Source: an uncultured Alphaproteobacteria bacterium (GTDB lineage Bacteria > Pseudomonadota > Alphaproteobacteria > RF32 > CAG-239). From it: 64,000 bases of DNA. The notes under the pieces were generated by a model. The model was given only the letters and a program-made list of their open reading frames with translations, was not told the origin of the DNA and searched no databases. The stretch is from assembly GCA_944391395.1 (NCBI GenBank), contig CALXTI010000003.1, forward strand, positions 35,843 through 99,842, in the 5' to 3' direction. Position 1 is the first letter of the stretch. The number at the start of each line of letters is the position of its first letter. Below are positions 57,807 through 64,000 of this stretch, piece after piece. The translations under genes were made by a program, and so were the position numbers.

Positions 57807-59891
57807 TTATAGCAGTTGTATAATTTCGGCGACAATATCAAGTTTATAAATTCGGGCGATATCGTTGTTAATCGGATAAAACGGCCGCAGATTCAAAGCA
57901 AAAATATTGGCTTGCTGTGAGGCAAATTCATGTCCGTGAGCGATTGTTTGGGCATGAGTTTCAAGATAATTGCGCAATTCCTCACAATCTTTGTTTCGCA
58001 TTTTTAACAAGTTGTTGCGTTTGGTGAACAATTCGGAATACTCAAAAATCGTGTACACGGTAGCAACCAGAAAAAATGCGCTGATAAGTTTAATATAAAT
58101 ACCCATCAACAACACGGCAAACAAAATAAAGATTCCGCCCAAAATTTTAACGGTATAATTAACAGTCTTGGATTTAAATCGGCGTTTTAATATCCAGAGA
58201 TAGAAAGCAACGGTCAAAGTTCCGGAAAAAAGCACTAGGCCGGTTTGGAGGGGATTTATTCCGAGCATGGCGATGGCGATTTCGGTTAAAATCAGCATAC
58301 CGATGCTAAACACCAAATAACCGACGTTAAGCTGTAAAGAAAACAGTTTTAAGAAAACTTTAGTTCCTTTTTCCATAGCGTTTGCGGCGCGTTTAAATTT
58401 AAGTGCGTTGGGCAATGTGGCGCTGAGAACGGAATCTTTGCCGACAAACAGATTGTTGACGGCTTTTTTCTCACTGCGGCTCAGAGCGGAAAGGTCATCG
58501 GTCTTTTTAATTAAAAGAATATTTTGATCTTGTTTTTGGATGTCGATGATGTTTTTGCGATACAATTCAAGCAGAGATGCCCCGAAAGCGGTTTTATCAA
58601 AAGAGTTTTTGCTAAGATAGGATAAAATCGGCGCTGTCAGGCGGAAAGATATATTGGATTTTGTACCGCGCCGTTTGAGATACTGCCATGACAGCATATA
58701 AGAAATCAGAACGGCGGCCAACCCGGCAAGCGCAAACAAAATATCTCCATAATCGGTAACAAACCAGACAAATCGCCGTCCGATTCCGGGTTCCAAGAAA
58801 ACGTTTTTATCAAGCGATACCAGAATATGCATGCCTTCGCCCGGCAAAATCGGCAGGGTTGAGGCAAAGCCTAAGGCGTTGTTGTCAAGCGAGGCAATCA
58901 TGGCACGGTTGTGCGACAAGCGGTTAGGGTAGCCGGTAAGAACATTTTGCGTCAAAAAGTTTTTACCATCCGGAATGGAGACAATCGCATTTGCCGATGT
59001 AATAACCAAATTAAGATAACTGCCGGTTACATCCCAGTAAAATTCGGTAAAATCATCATAATACCAAAGTTTACGATCCAACAGATACTTGAAAGAATAA
59101 TTATAAACCCCCGGCTGCAAAACATATTTTTGTTGAGGTTTAATGATAATGTAATCACCGATTTCTTCCAAGACATAGGGAATTTTTTGATTGTTGATGG
59201 TAACGGAAAGTAGCTGAATATCAAGCTTTTTACGCACGCCGGAACGAGATTTTGAATATTTAGGAAGAATTTTTGTAACACCATGTTTGAGTTTTTGTCC
59301 GTTGGCGACAACGGTTATGTCTTCCGTAACCTGAATAAGTCCGGTAGGCAGAATGTTAAAAGAAGAAAGCATGTACGGGATATGCTCGCGCGCCGGCACC
59401 AAAAGTCTGCGTCCGGTCGGCAAAACCGCATTAACGACCGGCACGTCCGGCCGTTGCAATTCGGTGGCGGAAGAAGGGCTTTGCTCCGATGCCAATTCAA
59501 AAAATCTGGTACCTGAAGCCAAAACGTCGTCTTTTGGAGTGTCGGTGATACGTCCGATGGCTTGATCATATATTTTCTCAAAAGTCGATTTGCTGTTTTC
59601 TTGCATTTGCCGGATGTATTCTGTGCTGTGCTGGACATCAACCGCGTTGGACTGATTTAAATCATTCAAATTTTCGGCTCTGCTCACGCTGGCATTGTTA
59701 AATCGGTCGCGGAAAAACGCAATAACTTCCTCGGTGTTGTTCGGATCGGGCAGGCCTTCCGGCGCCGTCATATCAATCGGAACGGGTTCTTTGGGAATGC
59801 TGGTAACATCTTTTATCTCGACAATGCGCGCCGCTGCCGGCAAATTTGCCAAAACCAGACTGAAACAAATGGTAAGAAAAAGTTTTTTCAT
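57807..59891 (-). CDS. large membrane protein (signal peptide, extracytoplasmic N-domain, multiple TM in C-half; DUF2207-like)
   Basis: 694 aa; topology inferred from hydrophobic segments. Confidence 0.5.
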   Translation of the reverse strand: MKKLFLTICFSLVLANLPAAARIVEIKDVTSIPKEPVPIDMTAPEGLPDPNNTEEVIAFFRDRFNNASVSRAENLNDLNQSNAVDVQHSTEYIRQMQENSKSTFEKIYDQAIGRITDTPKDDVLASGTRFFELASEQSPSSATELQRPDVPVVNAVLPTGRRLLVPAREHIPYMLSSFNILPTGLIQVTEDITVVANGQKLKHGVTKILPKYSKSRSGVRKKLDIQLLSVTINNQKIPYVLEEIGDYIIIKPQQKYVLQPGVYNYSFKYLLDRKLWYYDDFTEFYWDVTGSYLNLVITSANAIVSIPDGKNFLTQNVLTGYPNRLSHNRAMIASLDNNALGFASTLPILPGEGMHILVSLDKNVFLEPGIGRRFVWFVTDYGDILFALAGLAAVLISYMLSWQYLKRRGTKSNISFRLTAPILSYLSKNSFDKTAFGASLLELYRKNIIDIQKQDQNILLIKKTDDLSALSRSEKKAVNNLFVGKDSVLSATLPNALKFKRAANAMEKGTKVFLKLFSLQLNVGYLVFSIGMLILTEIAIAMLGINPLQTGLVLFSGTLTVAFYLWILKRRFKSKTVNYTVKILGGIFILFAVLLMGIYIKLISAFFLVATVYTIFEYSELFTKRNNLLKMRNKDCEELRNYLETHAQTIAHGHEFASQQANIFALNLRPFYPINNDIARIYKLDIVAEIIQLL

Positions 59892-59986
59892 AAAAACAAT
59901 CCCGATATTAACAAATCAAACATATTTTGTATGATACACATCAGATATTAAAAGATAATGAAAAAAAGTTAAAGGAGATATAAAGA

Positions 59987-60718
59987 ATGAAACAAAAAGT
60001 CGCGGCGATTATTTTGGGTGCGGGCAAAGGCACCCGCATGAAGTCTGATCTGCCCAAAGTGATGATGCCGGTTTGCGGCAAGTCAATGATTCGCCACATC
60101 ATTGACACGCTGGAAAAAATGAATATTGATGAAATCGTAACGGTGATTGCCCCTGACGGCGATATCGTCAAAAAAGAAGTTGCACCGCACAAAACCTGCG
60201 TGCAGGACAAACAGCTCGGCACCGGTCATGCCGTCAAATGCGCCGCGCCGCTCTTAAAGGGCTTTGACGGAGCGGTGATGGTGATTTTTGGTGATACGCC
60301 GCTGATTACGCAAAAAACTTTTGAACGTTCCGTTAACAAAATTGCCGAAGGTTACGGCGTTGTCGTTTTAGGCTTTAAGCCCGCAGACCCGGCGCGTTAC
60401 GGCCGCTTAAAAATGAAAGGCGATGAGTTGGAAGGCATTGTGGAATATAAAGACGCCGACGAAGCTGAGAGAGCGATTGATTTTTGCAATTCCGGTTTCA
60501 TGACCTTTGACGGCAAACATTTGTTTGAAATTTTAGATAAAATCGGCAATGAAAACGCCGCCGGCGAATATTATTTAACCGATGCGGTCAAAGTTGCGCG
60601 CGACATGGGCTTGAAATGCACGGCTTTTGAGGGCGACCCCGAAGAAGTCGCCAGCGCCAACACCCGCGAAGAACTGGCTTTGTTGGAACAATATTTAAAG
60701 AAAAGGAACAATGCGTAA
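59987..60718 (+). CDS. stand-alone GlmU-N-terminal-like sugar-1-phosphate nucleotidyltransferase (no LbH acetyltransferase domain)
   Basis: LGAGKGTRMKSDLPKV, QLGTGHAV, EYYLTD motifs; stops at 243 aa. Confidence 0.65.
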   Translation: MKQKVAAIILGAGKGTRMKSDLPKVMMPVCGKSMIRHIIDTLEKMNIDEIVTVIAPDGDIVKKEVAPHKTCVQDKQLGTGHAVKCAAPLLKGFDGAVMVIFGDTPLITQKTFERSVNKIAEGYGVVVLGFKPADPARYGRLKMKGDELEGIVEYKDADEAERAIDFCNSGFMTFDGKHLFEILDKIGNENAAGEYYLTDAVKVARDMGLKCTAFEGDPEEVASANTREELALLEQYLKKRNNA

Positions 60719-61268
60719 TTTTTTAAAAATACACTGGTTCGGGTTTATCGTTTCCGTTTTTGCCGTGTTTTACCTGACGGTCTTTTTGCTGGTGTTGTTT
60801 GCTCCGCGGGAAGACAGGTTGAATCGTGGTTTTATCCCTTGCACCAAAACTTTGGCGGCCGAAATCTTTGCCTGCGAACAAAATAAGGCGTGGTGCATGT
60901 CCAAAGCGATTGTCAAAAACACCTGGTGCGACACGTTGGTTGTTTTGGACGGATTCGGCGCCTGGGTGCGCGGTCGGCAGAAAACGCCGTGGGCGAGTTA
61001 TTTGTTTACACCCGAGCCGTTGGCAGACGAACCTCAAGCGGAAGAATTGCAGCAATTTTATGCCGAAAATCCGGACATTGCCGCTGATATGCAAAAACTG
61101 CATCAGGACCGGCAGAAATTAGAGCAGGATTTGGCAGATGATTTTCAGACAGAGCAAAAAAGAAAAGACGCGGCGGCGGATGCTTTACAAAACGAGCTGA
61201 AATCTTTGTCTCAACAACAAGAGGCAAAAACAGAAACACCAACAACGGAGGGAACAAAAGATGAGTAA
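60711..61268 (+). CDS. membrane protein with periplasmic Cys-containing domain and acidic/Gln-rich tail
   Basis: 185-aa ORF overlapping both neighbours by 8 nt (operon-like). Confidence 0.4.
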   Translation: MRNFLKIHWFGFIVSVFAVFYLTVFLLVLFAPREDRLNRGFIPCTKTLAAEIFACEQNKAWCMSKAIVKNTWCDTLVVLDGFGAWVRGRQKTPWASYLFTPEPLADEPQAEELQQFYAENPDIAADMQKLHQDRQKLEQDLADDFQTEQKRKDAAADALQNELKSLSQQQEAKTETPTTEGTKDE

Positions 61269-63048
61269 AAAAGAAAATTTACCGGCGTGGAATTTATCGG
61301 ATTTGTACCAAAGCATAAAAGATCCGGCCATTGCCAAGGATTTGGAAAGCTACCGCAAAGGTGCGCTTTCTTTCGCCCGCAAATATAAGGGAAAAATTGC
61401 CGGGTTGAGCGCCAAAGATTTTCTGGCGCTGTTGAAAGCGGAAGAAAAACTTTCTAAAATATCAGCGCGTTTAAGTGGCTTTGCTTATCTTAATATGTCC
61501 ACACAGATGAAAAACCCCGAAGCAATGGCGTTTTATCAAAACACTTCCGAAAAACTGACCGAATACGCCAAACCGCTGGTGTTTTTCAGTCTTGAGTTAA
61601 ACAGCGTGCCGGAAACTAAAATCAAAGAATGGCTGCAAGACAAACAGGTGGCGTTTTACAAACCGTTCCTCAAACGGGTGCGCAAATATAAAAAATACGA
61701 GCTTTCCGAAGCGGAGGAAGAAATTTTGCTCTTAAAAGCGGTAACCTCATCGGAAGCTTGGGTACGCCTGTATGAAGAAACCTCATCGCGTCTGGTGTAT
61801 ACGGTTGATGGCAAAAACTATAACGATGCCGAAATTACCAAGCTGACCTTGGATAAAGATGCCAAACTGCGCCACAAAGCCGGTGCGGAAATCAACCGTG
61901 TTGCCAAAGAAAACGCGCCGTTTTTCACCTTTGTGTATAACATGGTCATGAAAGACAAAGCCATAGAAGATGAAAAACGCGGTTTTAAAAAACCGATATC
62001 GGCGCGCAACTTGGCCGAAGATGTTTCGGACGCCTCGGTTGAAGCTTTGGCTGAAACCGTCCGTGCCAATTACAAGAATATCGCCCATCGTTTTTATAAA
62101 TTAAAAGCCAAATGGCTGGGCGTCAAAAAAATCAGCTATTGGGACAGAAACGCGCCGCTGCCGTTTTCCGCTGATTATCATTACAGTTGGGACGAGGCGG
62201 TTAAAATCGTGCTGAAAGGCTATAATGAGTTTTCGCCCAAGTTGGGCAAAATCGCCAAAGACTTTTTTGATTATGGCTGGATAGATGTTCCGCCGCGCGA
62301 TGGCAAGCGGAGCGGGGCTTATTGCAGCGGTCCGCTGGCAAGCGAACATCCGTATTTGTTCCTGAACTTTGTCGGCAAACAAAACGATGTCTTGACCTTA
62401 GCGCATGAGCTCGGTCACGGCTGCCATCATCAGCTGCGCATGAAAAACGGTGAGCTGAACGAACATTCTCGCATGACCACCGAAGAGCTGGCGTCGGTTT
62501 TTGCCGAAATGTTGGTGTTTCAGGATATGCTGAAAAGCCTGGATGACGATAAAGCCAAGCTTTGCCTGATTGCATCCAAAGTCAATGACATGATAAACAC
62601 CGCCATTCGCCAGATAGCTTTTCACTTTTTTGAAACGAGATCTCATGATGAACGCAAAAACGGAGAGGTTTCCGAACAGCGTTTGTGTGAGATTTGGCTT
62701 GAGGAAATGCAAGCCAGCCTTGGCAATTATGTGGATGTCGGCGAAGATTGCCGCTACATTTGGTCGCAAGTCGGACACTTTTTCTTCCTGCCGTTTTATG
62801 TGTACGCTTATTCGTATGCCGATTGTCTGGTCAATTCGCTCTATCAGGTAAAGCTGGAAGGCAAAGTCAAAGATTTTGCCGATAAATATCTGGCGTTGTT
62901 ATCCAAAACCGCGCTTGAAGATTATGAAAAAATCTTCAAGCCGTTCGGCTTAAATCCGAACGAGGCAACTTTCTGGCAGAAAGGCTTGAACCTGATTTCG
63001 TCTTATATTGACGAGCTGGAAAGACTGGATAAAAAATTAAAGCTATAG
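61261..63048 (+). CDS. pepF: oligoendopeptidase F (M3B)
   Basis: HELGHGCHH zincin motif; 595 aa. Confidence 0.85.
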   Translation: MSKKENLPAWNLSDLYQSIKDPAIAKDLESYRKGALSFARKYKGKIAGLSAKDFLALLKAEEKLSKISARLSGFAYLNMSTQMKNPEAMAFYQNTSEKLTEYAKPLVFFSLELNSVPETKIKEWLQDKQVAFYKPFLKRVRKYKKYELSEAEEEILLLKAVTSSEAWVRLYEETSSRLVYTVDGKNYNDAEITKLTLDKDAKLRHKAGAEINRVAKENAPFFTFVYNMVMKDKAIEDEKRGFKKPISARNLAEDVSDASVEALAETVRANYKNIAHRFYKLKAKWLGVKKISYWDRNAPLPFSADYHYSWDEAVKIVLKGYNEFSPKLGKIAKDFFDYGWIDVPPRDGKRSGAYCSGPLASEHPYLFLNFVGKQNDVLTLAHELGHGCHHQLRMKNGELNEHSRMTTEELASVFAEMLVFQDMLKSLDDDKAKLCLIASKVNDMINTAIRQIAFHFFETRSHDERKNGEVSEQRLCEIWLEEMQASLGNYVDVGEDCRYIWSQVGHFFFLPFYVYAYSYADCLVNSLYQVKLEGKVKDFADKYLALLSKTALEDYEKIFKPFGLNPNEATFWQKGLNLISSYIDELERLDKKLKL

Positions 63049-63054
63049 ATAAAA

Positions 63055-63092
63055 AAACTTAAGGGAATGGATAAAACCATCCCCTTAAGTTT
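63055..63092. terminator. bidirectional terminator between pepF and atpC
   Basis: cttaagggaatgg..ccatccccttaag hairpin. Confidence 0.7.
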
Positions 63093-63109
63093 AACTATAT
63101 AAAACATTT

Positions 63110-63457
63110 CTATCCGAAAACTTTAAGATAATCATATACTTTTTGGTAAAAAACGTCATCCTTGGCTTTTTCTTCCGCCTGGCTTAAGGAAAAGCTTTCC
63201 AGATTGACAGCTTTGTCGGTTGCAACCACGCACTCGTTGTCGGCAATATCGGCAAAGCCGCCGTTGATAAACCACCGCTTAACTGTCCGATTACTTTTAT
63301 CCAACAGCTGCACCGCGCCGGTTCTCAGCAACAGCATCGTCGGTGCGCGTTCTTCAATCACGGTAAATGTGCCGCTTTCAATCGGCAAAACGATTTTATC
63401 ATCATTGCCCTGCTGTAAATTCTTGTCGGGAAGACATATTTTCAAACGGACGGTCAT
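63110..63457 (-). CDS. atpC: F0F1 ATP synthase subunit epsilon
   Basis: 115 aa, beta-sandwich plus helical hairpin; directly downstream of atpD. Confidence 0.85.
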   Translation of the reverse strand: MTVRLKICLPDKNLQQGNDDKIVLPIESGTFTVIEERAPTMLLLRTGAVQLLDKSNRTVKRWFINGGFADIADNECVVATDKAVNLESFSLSQAEEKAKDDVFYQKVYDYLKVFG

Positions 63458-63478
63458 GCTTTACAACTCCGATATATT

Positions 63479-64000
<522 letters not shown>

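Overview
This is a 64-kb chromosomal window from a Gram-negative proteobacterium, most likely gamma-type. The basis is the presence of luxS, prfC, holC, the kdsD-lptC/A-lptB arrangement, Tol-Pal, HflKC/DegP and mraZ-rsmH-ftsL-ftsI. GC is intermediate, roughly mid-40s % by eye, and genes are tightly packed, mostly core housekeeping: secA, tig, infA, atpDC, xseA, uppP, mutY, mltG, pepF, apbC. Six tRNAs are present: Arg-CCT, Leu-TAG, Leu-CAG, Val-CAC, Val-GAC and Gly-CCC. Several small accessory islets sit among the core genes. (1) Two about 0.75-0.8 kb direct-repeat cassettes lie 31 kb apart. Each carries a type IV pilin-like gene with a conserved N-terminus and Cys-rich C-terminus but a divergent centre. 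Each has an identical upstream element with a T12/A12 homopolymer sitting in a putative -35/-10 spacer, which suggests phase variation. (2) A low-GC cassette of about 1.7 kb encodes an AAA+/DUF4143 ATPase. It is flanked by perfect 35-bp direct repeats and inserted between convergent tRNA-Leu and a tRNA-Val pair. (3) Next to tRNA-Arg, which has a duplicated 3' end, sits a zeta-toxin-like kinase with a possible small upstream partner, an archaemetzincin-like (M54) Zn-protease and a 125-aa hypothetical. (4) A Lon-like AAA+ protease shares an operon with a 58-aa protein that has a strong ribosome-binding site. It sits divergently beside two membrane-anchored TPR/coiled-coil proteins. (5) An LptC/LptA-like gene contains 2.3 in-frame copies of a 105-bp tandem repeat. 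(6) Scars of the tRNA-Gly 3' end lie beside a compositionally atypical hypothetical gene. (7) An AT-rich locus has a Tyr/Asn/Cys-rich ORF lacking a start codon and a divergent small ORF. No CRISPR array, IS element, phage structural gene or rRNA was seen. All calls rest on motif recognition by eye; no database search was run.
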